Positions 39,001-49,851 of a stretch of DNA of 64,000 bases are shown here, one piece after another. The stretch comes from an uncultured Gammaproteobacteria bacterium (GTDB taxonomy: Bacteria > Patescibacteriota > Patescibacteriia > Magasanikbacterales > GWA2-37-8). Within the stretch, counting starts at the first letter, position 1. Each line of letters starts with the position of its first letter. The translations under genes and the position numbers were made by a program. Where the stretch lies: positions 219,396 to 283,395 of the forward strand of contig CAZINT010000001.1 of the NCBI GenBank assembly GCA_964540825.1, given 5' to 3'. Below the pieces are notes generated by a model. The model saw only the letters and a program-made list of their open reading frames with translations, ran no database searches and had not been told where the DNA came from.

Positions 39001-40827
39001 ATGAAAATCCGTAACGTCGCGATTATTGCTCACGTTGACCATGGTAAAACAACACTGGTTGATGCCCTGCTTCGCCAATCTAAAACCAAACTTGATAAGG
39101 AATACGCCGAAGTGACCACCATCATGGATAACAACGATCTTGAAAAAGAGCGTGGTATTACGATTTTTTCTAAAAATGCATCAGTTGTTTGGGGAGACCC
39201 AACCAAGCCGGAAGATTTAACCAAAATTAATATTATTGATACCCCCGGCCATGCTGACTTCGGTGGGGAAGTGGAACGTGTTTTGAAAATGGCTGACGGT
39301 TGTCTCTTATTGGTTGATGCCAAGGAAGGCCCGATGCCGCAAACCCGTTTTGTTTTGAAAAAAGCACTGCAGCTTGGTCATCGCGTAATTGTGGTCGTCA
39401 ACAAGATTGATAAACCGGATGCTCGTATTCAGTACGTGCTTGATAAAACACTTGAATTATTTTTGGAACTGGGCGCGAGCGATGAAATCGCTGAATTCCC
39501 GGTGGTTTTTGCTTCGGCCAAAAATGGTAAAGCTGGTTTTGAACCCGATCTTGCGACCATGACCGACATCTCACCGATTTTTGAAAGTATTTTAAAAAAT
39601 GTTCCGACGCCAACCGGTGACCCAAGTGCACCACTCCAGATGCTGGCTGTTTCGACGATCCCTGATAATTATAAAGGACGAATCGCGATTGGCCGCATCT
39701 ATAACGGCACCATTAAAGCCAACCAGGACGTGATGCATATCGCCCGGGACGGCGCGATGAAAAAATTCCGCCTGACTGCGCTTATGACTTTTGAAGGAAT
39801 GAACCGCGTGGAAGCCAAAGAAGCGTTTGCCGGTGACATTGTGGCTGTGGCGGGTATCCCGGAAATTACGATCGGTGAAACGCTGGCTCAGGTAGACAAT
39901 CCAATTGCGCTGCCGACACTCACGATTGATGAACCAACCGTTAAAATGACGTTTGAAGTTAATGATTCGCCATTTGCCGGTAAAGAGGGTGACTACAGTA
40001 CGTCACGTCAGATTCGTGAACGCCTGTTCAAAGAAGTCGAAAATGATGTGGCGCTCAAAGTAGAAGATGGTCCGGAAGGTAATTGGATCGTGTCGGGCCG
40101 CGGTGAACTCCATCTCGCGATTTTGATTGAACGCATGCGCCGTGAAGGTTTCGAGTTCCAAGTGTCGCGTCCGCAGGTGATTATCAAAGAAATTGACGGT
40201 AAAAAAATGTGTCCGTATGACCAGGTATATATTGAAATTCCGGAAATGTATTCTGGCGTGGTGATGCAGAAAATGGGCGAACGCAATGGCCGTATGAATG
40301 ATATGCGCAGCGAGAACGGCATTATTTTTTATGAATTTATTATTCCAACTCGCGGCCTCTTTGGTTACCGCACGGAATTTCTGACCGATACCAAAGGCCT
40401 GGGCATCATGAATACTGTTTTCTTTGGGTATGAAGCAGATCCGGGTAACTGGAAAGAACGCAACCAAGGTTCGCTCGTCGCTCATGAGACAGGTGAAAGT
40501 AATTTGTATGGACTTTTGAATGTTCAGGATCGTGGACAGTTATTTATTGGCCCTAATGTGGAGGTGTACGAAGGTCAAGTGGTCGGTCAGAATGCCCGCG
40601 GCGGTGATCTGCGCGTCAATGTCTGTAAGATGAAGCAGCTTTCCAATATGCGCTCGAAGGGTGACGGGAGTGCTGAACATTTTAACACACCGCATATCAT
40701 GGACCTCGAAGAATCGCTTGAGTATATTGGGGACGATGAGCTCGTCGAAATTACTCCAAAAAATATTCGCATCCGCAAGATGATTTTGAATGAAAATGAA
40801 GCGCGAAAAAAGGCTAAGAGTATGTAA
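39001..40827 (+). CDS. typA: translational GTPase TypA/BipA
   Basis: AHVDHGKTTL, DTPGH, NKID G-motifs; 608 aa. Confidence 0.9.
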   Translation: MKIRNVAIIAHVDHGKTTLVDALLRQSKTKLDKEYAEVTTIMDNNDLEKERGITIFSKNASVVWGDPTKPEDLTKINIIDTPGHADFGGEVERVLKMADGCLLLVDAKEGPMPQTRFVLKKALQLGHRVIVVVNKIDKPDARIQYVLDKTLELFLELGASDEIAEFPVVFASAKNGKAGFEPDLATMTDISPIFESILKNVPTPTGDPSAPLQMLAVSTIPDNYKGRIAIGRIYNGTIKANQDVMHIARDGAMKKFRLTALMTFEGMNRVEAKEAFAGDIVAVAGIPEITIGETLAQVDNPIALPTLTIDEPTVKMTFEVNDSPFAGKEGDYSTSRQIRERLFKEVENDVALKVEDGPEGNWIVSGRGELHLAILIERMRREGFEFQVSRPQVIIKEIDGKKMCPYDQVYIEIPEMYSGVVMQKMGERNGRMNDMRSENGIIFYEFIIPTRGLFGYRTEFLTDTKGLGIMNTVFFGYEADPGNWKERNQGSLVAHETGESNLYGLLNVQDRGQLFIGPNVEVYEGQVVGQNARGGDLRVNVCKMKQLSNMRSKGDGSAEHFNTPHIMDLEESLEYIGDDELVEITPKNIRIRKMILNENEARKKAKSM

Positions 40828-40923
40828 AATTGGTCTCGAAACAAAAAACTGCTGTACAAGGCGGTTTTTTGTTGTCCGATTTTTAAAAAAAAGCTATACT
40901 AAGGTACTATTACTTAAAAACGT

Positions 40924-41940
40924 ATGAAAGCCAAAGTTACAATTTTGGGGGCAGGGAATATGGGTACGGCCTTGGCGCGGGTGCTGGGGGACAATGGGCA
41001 TGATATAGTCGTCTGGAATTATGCGGGCGACCCGGATCCGCTCCATCAAATTGCGGAATACCATGAAAATAGAAAATATTTACCCGGAATTATTTTGGCC
41101 AAGAACGTTCGAGCCGAACATGATCTAGAAAAAGCACTTCAATCGTCAGCACTCGTGATCCTGGCAGTGCCAAGCACGTTTGTCGAGCGGCAGCTGGAGG
41201 GCGCTGTACCCTTTTTGCCGTCCAAAGCAGTTTTACTCGATGTGAGCAAAGGTTTTACCGGAGTTTTTGCTCAAGAAAAATCAGCACTCAGCAGTGCGGC
41301 GCAAAAATGGTGGAATAAGCGGATTATTATTTCCGGTCCGGCTATTGCGCTTGATATCGCTAAGGGTGGTTTTACGACTATGGCCATAGCCGGAAAAAAT
41401 ATTCGTGACGTTGCGATGGCCCAAAAAATTCTAACCAATGATCATCTGCATTTTCTGCCGACGAACGATGTGCTGGGAATCAAGCTCGCTGGATCGCTTA
41501 AAAATGTGTATGCGATTCTCCTGGGTATGGCCGATGGCTTGGGTGTGCCGCTTAATACTAAAGCGTTTTTGGTAGTCAGAGCCCTCGAAGAAATGGCGCT
41601 CCTTATTAAAAAATGCGGCGGTAAAGCCGAGACCGCGTATGCGCTCGCCGGGCTTGGCGACTTGGTGGCCACAGGTTTGTCGCCGATTAGCCGCAATCGC
41701 CGCTTTGGGCAATTTTTGGGCGAAGGGCTCGACACTGCTGCCGCCGCAACTGCCGTGGGTCAGGTGGTAGAGGGTGTGCCGGCGTGTGCTGGGGCACTGG
41801 GGCTTGCTCGGCGTTATCGTGTTAGTCTTCCTTTGGTCGAAGCGGTGTATAGCGCAACGGCTAAAAAAATAAAACCGGCCGTCGTATTCGAAAAAATTCT
41901 TTCTAAAAAGTATGTTCAGAAAAAAGGCAGTTCCCGATAA
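40924..41940 (+). CDS. gpsA: NAD(P)H-dependent glycerol-3-phosphate dehydrogenase
   Basis: KVTILGAGNMGTALA Rossmann motif. Confidence 0.85.
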   Translation: MKAKVTILGAGNMGTALARVLGDNGHDIVVWNYAGDPDPLHQIAEYHENRKYLPGIILAKNVRAEHDLEKALQSSALVILAVPSTFVERQLEGAVPFLPSKAVLLDVSKGFTGVFAQEKSALSSAAQKWWNKRIIISGPAIALDIAKGGFTTMAIAGKNIRDVAMAQKILTNDHLHFLPTNDVLGIKLAGSLKNVYAILLGMADGLGVPLNTKAFLVVRALEEMALLIKKCGGKAETAYALAGLGDLVATGLSPISRNRRFGQFLGEGLDTAAAATAVGQVVEGVPACAGALGLARRYRVSLPLVEAVYSATAKKIKPAVVFEKILSKKYVQKKGSSR

Positions 41941-43639
41941 TCAGCTGCGCATTATTTCAATTATTTTTTTAGTCATAGCTCTGTGGATTATTGGGCGGCT
42001 TTTCTTTTTACAAATCATTCAACATGATTATTATAGTTTGTTTGCTTTAAATACTCATGAGATTTATCAAACGCTGCACCCGCACCGCGGCACCATATAT
42101 ATACAGGATAAAAATAAACAAGAATATCCGGTGGCAGTCAACAAGGAATTTGACCAAGTATATGCAGTGCCCAAAGAATTTGACCCGGGCACAGCAACCA
42201 CCACTGCCGAGCAGCTCATGACTATTTTAAACATTACTGATGACGAGAAAAAAAATCGTTTGCTCACTCGTTTTTCTAAAATAAATGATTTATACGAAGC
42301 GGTACAGCGCAAGGTGCCGCAAGAAATTTCGGCTGAGGCAACAAAATTAAAAGGCGTGTACGCTACGCCTGAAGAATATCGGTATTATCCCGAGCAGAAT
42401 TTAGGAGCGGCGGTGCTTGGGTTTTGCAGTTTGAATGATCAGGGTAACAATGAAGGAAAATACGGGCTTGAATCGTATTGGGATGATAAATTGGCGGGCA
42501 AGCCCGGGTTTCGCGTGGGCGAACAGGGAGCGTTTGGCAGCTGGATCACTATGGCGGGTATGACGCTTAACCCCTCGCAAAATGGGGCGGATTTACTCCT
42601 GACCATCGATCGAACCCTGGAATACACTGCTTGCAAACGCCTGCAGGAAGGTATGGCGGAGTATGGCGCCAAGCGCGCTGCGCTGGTGATGATGGATCCG
42701 AAAACGGGCGCGATACTTGCCATGTGCAGTTTGCCGGATTTTGATCCGAATAATTATTCCGCCACTGAAGACATTGACGCGTTTAATAATCAGGCCGTGT
42801 TTACTGCCTACGAGCCGGGTTCGGTGTTCAAACCAATTACCATGGCTATTGCCGTGAATGCCGGACTCGTACAGCCTGATACTACGTTTACCGACCCTTG
42901 CGAGCGCAAAATTGACCGCTTTACGATCCGCAATGCGCTGCGCAAATGTTACGGGCTGCAAACCATGACCCAGGTATTGGAAAATTCGATTAATACCGGT
43001 ATGATTTGGGTAGAAGAAAAATTGGGCCGGGCTGCTTTTCAAGCCGGAGTTGAAAAATTCGGTTTTGGACAAAAAACCGGCATTGACCTTGGCGCCGAAG
43101 GAGCGGGGGATATTTCGTCGCTTGATAAGAAAAATTCACCCATTTATGGAGCGGTCGGGTCGTTTGGCCAAGGTTTGACGGCGACGCCGATTCAGCTGGC
43201 GGCGGCATATTCAGCGATTGTAAACAATGGTAAACTGCCAAAGCCCTATGTAGTTCAGGAAGTGCGGTACCCTGATGGACGCGTTGACAAAACGATTCCC
43301 AAGGTTGCCGACACGGTAATTTCCGATCGGGCATCACAACTTATGCGCGGCATGCTGGCGTCGGTGGTTGAAAATGGTGCAAGTTACAAAAAAACAAAAC
43401 TGCCTGATTATTACATGGGCGGAAAAACGGGTACGGCTCAGATACCGGGTAAAGGCGGCTATACCGAAGATACGAACCACACCTTCGTTGGCTTTGCTAC
43501 AGTCAAAGATCCTAAATTTGTTTTGGTGGTAAAATACGAGAAGCCTGCCCGCCAATGGGCCGAGTCGACTGCGGCACCGGTATTTAAAGATATTATGCAT
43601 TTTGCTCTCCAGTATTACGGTATTCCGCCGGAGCGCTAA
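41912..43639 (+). CDS. penicillin-binding protein 2 / FtsI-type transpeptidase
   Basis: SVFK (SxxK), SxN and KTGT motifs; N-terminal TM anchor. Confidence 0.85.
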   Translation: MFRKKAVPDNQLRIISIIFLVIALWIIGRLFFLQIIQHDYYSLFALNTHEIYQTLHPHRGTIYIQDKNKQEYPVAVNKEFDQVYAVPKEFDPGTATTTAEQLMTILNITDDEKKNRLLTRFSKINDLYEAVQRKVPQEISAEATKLKGVYATPEEYRYYPEQNLGAAVLGFCSLNDQGNNEGKYGLESYWDDKLAGKPGFRVGEQGAFGSWITMAGMTLNPSQNGADLLLTIDRTLEYTACKRLQEGMAEYGAKRAALVMMDPKTGAILAMCSLPDFDPNNYSATEDIDAFNNQAVFTAYEPGSVFKPITMAIAVNAGLVQPDTTFTDPCERKIDRFTIRNALRKCYGLQTMTQVLENSINTGMIWVEEKLGRAAFQAGVEKFGFGQKTGIDLGAEGAGDISSLDKKNSPIYGAVGSFGQGLTATPIQLAAAYSAIVNNGKLPKPYVVQEVRYPDGRVDKTIPKVADTVISDRASQLMRGMLASVVENGASYKKTKLPDYYMGGKTGTAQIPGKGGYTEDTNHTFVGFATVKDPKFVLVVKYEKPARQWAESTAAPVFKDIMHFALQYYGIPPER

Positions 43640-43654
43640 GCACCTTACTTTTTA

Positions 43655-44947
43655 TTGCGTATGAAAAATTTCCTTCAAAAAATTCTCGCCACCCTCGCTC
43701 AAAAAATTCTCGCCAAATATAAACCAAAAATAGTCGGTATTACCGGCTCGGTTGGCAAAACAACAGCCAAGGAAATGACTGCGGCAGTCTTGGGCGCTCG
43801 TTTTCGCGTGGGGCAAACAAGTAAAAATAATAACAATGAGATCGGTGTACCGCTTGCGATACTCGGTGTTGATGAAGCGCCGGGGTCGTCGGTTGTTGCT
43901 TGGGCTGGGGCACTTCTGAAAGGAATTGGGTTATTAGTGTCTGCGAAAAAAAACTATCCGGAAGTTTTGGTTTTAGAAATGGGTGCCGACAAACCCGGCG
44001 ACATTCGCTATCTTGTTGGCTTGGCGCCCTGCACTGTCGGCGTGCTCACCTGGATTTCGCATGCGCATACGGAATTTTTTAAAACCCTGAAACAAATTGC
44101 CGAAGAAAAAAGAAAAATTATTTCACATCTCGAAAAAACCGGTACGGCAGTTTTAAATTACGATAACGAACTTGTTCGAGATTCGGCGGCGGCAGCTAAA
44201 GGAACTGTTATTACCTATGGATTTAAAGATGGTGCAGATTTACGCGCCACAGACATGAAAATTTTATACGATCCGATCACTAGTTGGCCGGCCGGCATTA
44301 CGTGTAAAATTAATTTTAAAGGGCATAGTGTGCCGTTGTTTTTCCCCGGCGTCATTGCAGAGCATATTGTCGGCTCGAGCCTGGCTGCACTGGCAGTCGG
44401 CGATGCCTTTGGTATTAATTTAGTCGAGGCCGCTGGGGCGCTAACCGGGGCAGAGCCGCCAAAGGGCCGGATGCGTTTATTAAAAGGCGTTAAAAATACC
44501 CTGCTTATTGACGACACGTATAACTCGAGTCCGGATGCCGCCAAGTCGGCTCTTAAAACTTTGGGCTCGCTTGAAAACAAGTCGGGCGGCAAGCGTTATG
44601 CAGTCCTCGGGGACATGCTTGAGCTGGGCAGTGAAACCGAGTCAGCGCATCGCGAAGTAGGCTTTACCGTAGCTGAAGTAGGGGTAGATTTTCTCATTAC
44701 CGTTGGCGAAGCCAGTAAAATTACCTGCCACGCTGCCGAGGAAGCGGGCCTTTCGGAAAATCAGATTGCGGCGTTTGCAGACAGTACTGCTGCCGGAAGA
44801 TTTTTGCAGGAAAAAATAAAAGAAGGGGATATGATCTTGGTAAAAGGTTCGCAGGGTGTGCGGATGGAGCGGGTGGTAAAAGAAGTCATGGATGACCCAA
44901 TTATGGCCGAAAAGCTGCTCGTGCGCCAAGAGGCGAAGTGGCTGTAA
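43655..44947 (+). CDS. murF: UDP-MurNAc-pentapeptide synthetase
   Basis: ITGSVGKTTAKEM P-loop, Mur ligase middle and C-terminal domains. Confidence 0.75.
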   Translation: MRMKNFLQKILATLAQKILAKYKPKIVGITGSVGKTTAKEMTAAVLGARFRVGQTSKNNNNEIGVPLAILGVDEAPGSSVVAWAGALLKGIGLLVSAKKNYPEVLVLEMGADKPGDIRYLVGLAPCTVGVLTWISHAHTEFFKTLKQIAEEKRKIISHLEKTGTAVLNYDNELVRDSAAAAKGTVITYGFKDGADLRATDMKILYDPITSWPAGITCKINFKGHSVPLFFPGVIAEHIVGSSLAALAVGDAFGINLVEAAGALTGAEPPKGRMRLLKGVKNTLLIDDTYNSSPDAAKSALKTLGSLENKSGGKRYAVLGDMLELGSETESAHREVGFTVAEVGVDFLITVGEASKITCHAAEEAGLSENQIAAFADSTAAGRFLQEKIKEGDMILVKGSQGVRMERVVKEVMDDPIMAEKLLVRQEAKWL

Positions 44948-44951
44948 AGAA

Positions 44952-44980
44952 TTGACACACGGGCCAAAATAGGCTATACT
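44952..44980 (+). promoter_or_regulatory. consensus sigma70 promoter driving the tRNA-like gene
   Basis: TTGACA (44952-44957), 17 nt, TATACT (44975-44980). Confidence 0.6.
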
Positions 44981-45002
44981 CCTCGTTGTCGAACACCTAC
45001 GT

Positions 45003-45074
45003 GGCCCGTTCGTCTATCAGTTAGGACAGTGCCCTCTCACGGCGCAAAGACGGGTGCGATTCCCGTACGGGCTA
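45003..45074 (+). tRNA. atypical tRNA-like gene, anticodon CUC (Glu-like)
   Basis: Hand-folded cloverleaf. Acceptor ggcccgt/acgggct with G1.U72; D-stem gtct/ggac; anticodon stem gtgcc/ggcgc; loop cuCUCac; T-arm acggg-tgcgatt-cccgt. Deviations are G at position 55 and U at position 19. CCA is not encoded. Confidence 0.45.
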
Positions 45075-45089
45075 CAGAGAATTGAAAAA

Positions 45090-45109
45090 CAGAGCAAGCT
45101 CTGTTTTTT
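45090..45109 (+). terminator. intrinsic terminator after the tRNA-like gene
   Basis: cagagc-aa-gctctg then tttttt. Confidence 0.7.
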
Positions 45110-45250
45110 GTTATTATAGTGTTTTGAGTTGGTAGTGTTTGGTTTGGAGTGGTCATTTATTAACTGGCGTAATTATTGAAAATAAAATTCAATAGTGATA
45201 CTATGAGGGCAGTGAATTTGCTTAAATTAAGGAGTTTTAGGTAAAATATT

Positions 45251-47221
45251 TTGATAAAATGCGGTATGCAAAACTTGTTAAATGATGTACTAAAACTACT
45301 AGAAAGTGATGATGGGTTTTTTGCGGAAAACAAGATGTTAAAAAATGTTGTAACCGAAGCAGCTCTAAAATTGGATACGGCGCTTTTGGAATTACTACAA
45401 AAAAACAATCAAATAAAAAAGCATTTTTTCGTGCAGGCCGCGGGAGTGTGGTTTTTTGATCAAGACAAGTTTATTAAGTTTATCAACAGCAAAGATTTTC
45501 TGCCTGATTCGTTTACCATTTTTAAGAACCATATAGGTCTTACGGACGGTGACGAGTATCTAAAAGATAGTGGAAAAGTGGTTTTGGCGTGGCCGTATAA
45601 AGATTGTGTTTTGGAGGGAGGACAGGACAAAGAAGATGTAAAACAGAGCGAAATTTTTTATAACGAGACCCTTGCGCCGGATGAAATTGACCGGCTGTTC
45701 GAGCCTAAGGTCTTAACCAATCTTAAAAAGATAGATAAAGACGGTGAACACAAGGTCGAGCAAATAAATGAACAGGATAATTTGATAATCAAAGGTAATA
45801 ATCTTTTAGCCCTCCATTCGTTAAAGAAAAAATATCGCGGCAAGGTTAAGCTGATTTACATTGATCCGCCGTATAACACCGGCAGCGATGGTTTTAACTA
45901 TAACGACAGTTTTAACCATTCAACGTGGCTGACTTTTATGAAAAATCGGCTCGAAGTAGCTAAACAGCTGTTGAGTGAGGAGGGTTCAATTTATATTTCA
46001 ATTGATAACAATGAATTGCCATATCTACAGATTTTAATGGATGAAATTTTTGGAAATGAAAATAAGAAAAATATTATTACTGTAAAAAGAAGTGCTGTTT
46101 CAGGTGCAAAAGTTATCAATCCGGGCGTTGTTAATGTTTCGGAATTTATTATTGTATATTCAAAAGATTTTAAGAAGTGGCAAGCTAATAAAGTTTTTAG
46201 AAAAAAAGGTAGGGATGAGAGGTATAACAACTATATAACAAACTTCGAAAGTGAGCCTGAAAAATGGAAATTTTCTTCAGTATTAGACGGTTGGGCTGAG
46301 TCGCTTGGAATAGAGAAAACAAAATTAAAAAAGTATTTTGGCGATAATTATGATGAGGAATTAGAAAAGTTTTATCTGCTTAATGCTCACAGAATAATGC
46401 AGTTCGTAACACTGGATGAGAATGCGGTTTCAGATGAAGTGATAAAAATAAAAAATAAATCTAAAAATGATTCATCCAGAGTACATCGGTTGAAAAGAGA
46501 AAATGGAAAATTAGATTACTTTATATTTAAAGGAAAAGCGATTTTATTTTTAGTAAACAGATTAATGGAAATTGACGGTGAAAAGGTTTTTGCAGAGCCA
46601 TTAACTGATATTTGGGAGGATGTTCTGCCTAACGACTTACATAACGAAGGTGGAGTATCTTTAAAAAAAGGGAAAAAGCCGGAAAAATTAATTCAAAGAA
46701 TAATTGAGCTCAGCAGTAAGTCTGGTGATTTAATTTTAGATTACCATTTAGGAAGCGGGACAACGGCAGCTGTAGCACATAAAATGGGTAGGCGGTATAT
46801 TTGTGTTGAACAGCTGGATTACGGCAACAATGATAGTGTCGTAAGGTTACAAAATACTATAAAAGGTGAGCAAAGCGGAATTTCAAAAGCTGTAAATTGG
46901 AAAGGCGGGGGCTCTTTTGTGTATGCCGAATTAAAGCAATGGAATGAGGAGTATATGCAGGCTATACAGGAGGCCAAAACTGCAAAGGAAATAGCCGCTA
47001 TTTATAAAAAAATGCGTGCTGAAGCATTTTTCCGGTACGAGGTTGATTTAAGCAGGTTTGAACAGAAGCAATTTGACCAATTGACTTTAGACGAGCAGAA
47101 AAAAGTTTTGCTTCTATGTTTGGACAAAAATCATCTGTATGTAAATTACAGTGAAATGGAAGATGCAACCTATAAAATACTTACCGAAGAAAAGAAAATT
47201 AACAAGCAATTTTACAGCTAA
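45251..47221 (+). CDS. mod: type III restriction-modification methyltransferase (Mod)
   Basis: IYIDPPYNTG (DPPY N6-adenine MTase motif). Very AT-rich. Confidence 0.85.
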   Translation: MIKCGMQNLLNDVLKLLESDDGFFAENKMLKNVVTEAALKLDTALLELLQKNNQIKKHFFVQAAGVWFFDQDKFIKFINSKDFLPDSFTIFKNHIGLTDGDEYLKDSGKVVLAWPYKDCVLEGGQDKEDVKQSEIFYNETLAPDEIDRLFEPKVLTNLKKIDKDGEHKVEQINEQDNLIIKGNNLLALHSLKKKYRGKVKLIYIDPPYNTGSDGFNYNDSFNHSTWLTFMKNRLEVAKQLLSEEGSIYISIDNNELPYLQILMDEIFGNENKKNIITVKRSAVSGAKVINPGVVNVSEFIIVYSKDFKKWQANKVFRKKGRDERYNNYITNFESEPEKWKFSSVLDGWAESLGIEKTKLKKYFGDNYDEELEKFYLLNAHRIMQFVTLDENAVSDEVIKIKNKSKNDSSRVHRLKRENGKLDYFIFKGKAILFLVNRLMEIDGEKVFAEPLTDIWEDVLPNDLHNEGGVSLKKGKKPEKLIQRIIELSSKSGDLILDYHLGSGTTAAVAHKMGRRYICVEQLDYGNNDSVVRLQNTIKGEQSGISKAVNWKGGGSFVYAELKQWNEEYMQAIQEAKTAKEIAAIYKKMRAEAFFRYEVDLSRFEQKQFDQLTLDEQKKVLLLCLDKNHLYVNYSEMEDATYKILTEEKKINKQFYS

Positions 47222-47229
47222 AAATTTTT

Positions 47230-49842
47230 ATGGAAATGGAATTTGAGGAAACGCTTGTTAGAAAATTTAATACGCTGTCTGAAGACGATCATTTAGACAA
47301 GGATATCCCCGATTTTGTAACAAAGAACTTAAACCAAAAGTTTGCTATTCGTAAATATCAAAAAGAAGCTTTTGTGCGTTTTTTGTATTATCTAAATCGC
47401 TATAAAAAGGCTGCCCGGCCCGTGCATTTGCTTTTTCATATGGCTACGGGGAGTGGAAAGACGCTATTAATGGCTGCTGACATCCTGTATTTATATTCCT
47501 TGGGCTACCGCAATTTTATATTTTTTGTAAACAGCACAAACATCATTAAAAAAACTCAAAACAATTTTTTGAATAAGTCAGCTGGCAAATATTTGTTTGC
47601 GGAAAAAATTGTATTCAATAATAGGGAAGTTGAAGTTAAGGAAGTGGAAAATTTTGAAGCCACAAATTCCGACAACATCAACATCCTGTTTACAACTATT
47701 CAGGGCCTGCATAGCCGCCTTAGTACTCCATCGGAAAACGCTATTACCTACACGGATTTTGAAAATACCAAGGTGGCTTTTTTGTCCGATGAAGCACACC
47801 ATATAAGTACACTTACAAAGTCAAAATTAGATAAAGAAGAACAAGAAGAAACTAGAAGTTGGGAATATACCGTAAACAGAATTTTTAAATCCAATGAGCA
47901 AAATGTAATGATAGAGTACACTGCTACGGTTGAGCTAAAGCACGAAGCTGTGGCTCGTAAATATGCTGATAAAATCATTTACCAATACACGCTTAAAAAT
48001 TTCCGTGAAGATGGTTTTTCTAAAGATGTGCAACTACTACAGTCGGATTGGGGTGTTAAAACGAGAGCGTTACAGGCTGTAATTTTAAGTCAATACCGCC
48101 GCAAGGTTGCCGAAAAACATAAAATCCAGTTAAAGCCGGTAATGCTTTTTAAGTCCAAACAAATTAAAGAGTCCGAAGAATTTGAGCAATTTTTTTATAA
48201 AATTATTAAAGGTTTGACAGTTGCTGATATTGCTAAGGTTGAAAGCGCTAGTACAGATGGCATACTAAATCAGGCGTTTAATTATTTTACGGCTAATAAA
48301 ATTATTGCTACTCATTTAGTTAAGGAGATACAGGAAGATTTTGCGCCGGAAAAATGTTTAATTATAAATAGCAAGGCTGATAGCGAAGAAAAACAGATTA
48401 AAGTAAATAGTCTTGAGGACTATAATAATGAAATACGGGTTATTTTTACTACAAATATGCTTAATGAGGGTTGGGATACCCTTAATCTTTTTGATATTGT
48501 AAGATTATACGAAACCAGAGACGCCAAGGCTGGAAAGGGAGGTAGCACGACTATATCGGAAGCGCAATTAATCGGTCGTGGCGCAAGATATTATCCATTT
48601 ACAACGGGCTTGGATCAGGAAAAAGACAGACGCAAGTATGACGGCGCATTAGATAATGAATTGCGAATTTTGGAAGAGCTGCACTATCACAGTTTGACAG
48701 ACAGCCGGTATATTGCCGAATTACGCAACGAACTTGTGAATATCGGTATAACGCCTGATAATCGGGTAGTTAGGAAAGTAAAGATAAAGGATAGTATAAA
48801 GAAGACGCCGTTTTGGAACAGCGGGCTGATTTTTACTAATAAGCTGCAAAAAAATGATTTTGGCAAGGTAAAAACCTTGAGTGATATTGTTCAAAATTCT
48901 TTATTCCAATATAGAATTAAAACCGGCCATTCGTCTGAAACAGGAATTTTTGATAGCGCACAGCCGTTGCCGGCGGAAGAATTACGTAAGAAAATTTTTA
49001 AGCTGAGTGATTTTGAAAAAAATGTTTTAAGGAAAGCATTGGATAAAATTGATTTTTATCATTTTAATAATTTATCTGTATTTTTCCCGAATCTAAAATC
49101 CATTGACGAATTTATAACATCAAAGGATTATTGCGGTCTTGTACAGGTTGAAATTTCGGCTAAAAATGGTAGGCTGGATAATTTGACCATTGCTGATAAA
49201 TACGGTGCAGCCCTGGACGCCTTTAAAGCCTTAGCGGGTAAAATTTCTGTCGGTAACAGTGAATATATTGGCACCAAGGAGTTTTATGCTCAAAGTATTA
49301 AGACCGTGGTACAGGATAAGACTTTAGAAATTTTGATTGGCGGGGATGAAAAAGAGTTTGGCATTGCGATGAGCGAAACCACGAATGACAATTTACGAAT
49401 GGATCTCAGCACGCAGGACTGGTATTTGTATAATGAAAATTATGGCACTTCAGAAGAAAAATATTTTATCCAGTTTATCCGGCAGGCAATGGATGACCTG
49501 AAGAAAAAATATGACGACGTTTATCTACTGAGGAATGAGCGGCTCTTCAAGATTTACCGCTTCAGCGACGGGCAGGCGATAGAGCCAGATTTTGTGCTCT
49601 TTGCCAAAACAAAAAACAGCAAAAATGCAATTTCGTTTCAACTTTTTGTCGAGCCAAAAGGCGGTAACCGACTTTTGGAAGACGGGTGGAAAGAAGAATT
49701 TCTGCAAGAAATAGAAACAGAATTTAGAGTTGAAACTCTGTTTGAAAAGGGTAGATACAAACTTATCGGCCTGCCTTTTTATAATGAGCAAAAAACTAAA
49801 CAGGAATTTTTTAAGATTTTTAGCGAGAAATTAAGTTTATAG
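47230..49842 (+). CDS. res: type III restriction endonuclease (Res), SF2 helicase-like
   Basis: Walker A ATGSGKT, DEAH-box LSDEAHHI, helicase C motifs. 9 nt after mod. Confidence 0.85.
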   Translation: MEMEFEETLVRKFNTLSEDDHLDKDIPDFVTKNLNQKFAIRKYQKEAFVRFLYYLNRYKKAARPVHLLFHMATGSGKTLLMAADILYLYSLGYRNFIFFVNSTNIIKKTQNNFLNKSAGKYLFAEKIVFNNREVEVKEVENFEATNSDNINILFTTIQGLHSRLSTPSENAITYTDFENTKVAFLSDEAHHISTLTKSKLDKEEQEETRSWEYTVNRIFKSNEQNVMIEYTATVELKHEAVARKYADKIIYQYTLKNFREDGFSKDVQLLQSDWGVKTRALQAVILSQYRRKVAEKHKIQLKPVMLFKSKQIKESEEFEQFFYKIIKGLTVADIAKVESASTDGILNQAFNYFTANKIIATHLVKEIQEDFAPEKCLIINSKADSEEKQIKVNSLEDYNNEIRVIFTTNMLNEGWDTLNLFDIVRLYETRDAKAGKGGSTTISEAQLIGRGARYYPFTTGLDQEKDRRKYDGALDNELRILEELHYHSLTDSRYIAELRNELVNIGITPDNRVVRKVKIKDSIKKTPFWNSGLIFTNKLQKNDFGKVKTLSDIVQNSLFQYRIKTGHSSETGIFDSAQPLPAEELRKKIFKLSDFEKNVLRKALDKIDFYHFNNLSVFFPNLKSIDEFITSKDYCGLVQVEISAKNGRLDNLTIADKYGAALDAFKALAGKISVGNSEYIGTKEFYAQSIKTVVQDKTLEILIGGDEKEFGIAMSETTNDNLRMDLSTQDWYLYNENYGTSEEKYFIQFIRQAMDDLKKKYDDVYLLRNERLFKIYRFSDGQAIEPDFVLFAKTKNSKNAISFQLFVEPKGGNRLLEDGWKEEFLQEIETEFRVETLFEKGRYKLIGLPFYNEQKTKQEFFKIFSEKLSL

Positions 49843-49851
49843 TTTTAATTT

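Noticed and set aside
44988-45112. SRP (4.5S) RNA interpretation of the promoter-to-terminator transcript
   Set aside because: No GGAA-tetraloop helix-8 consensus (AGGUCAGG...GGAAGCAGCC). A tRNA-like cloverleaf fits better.
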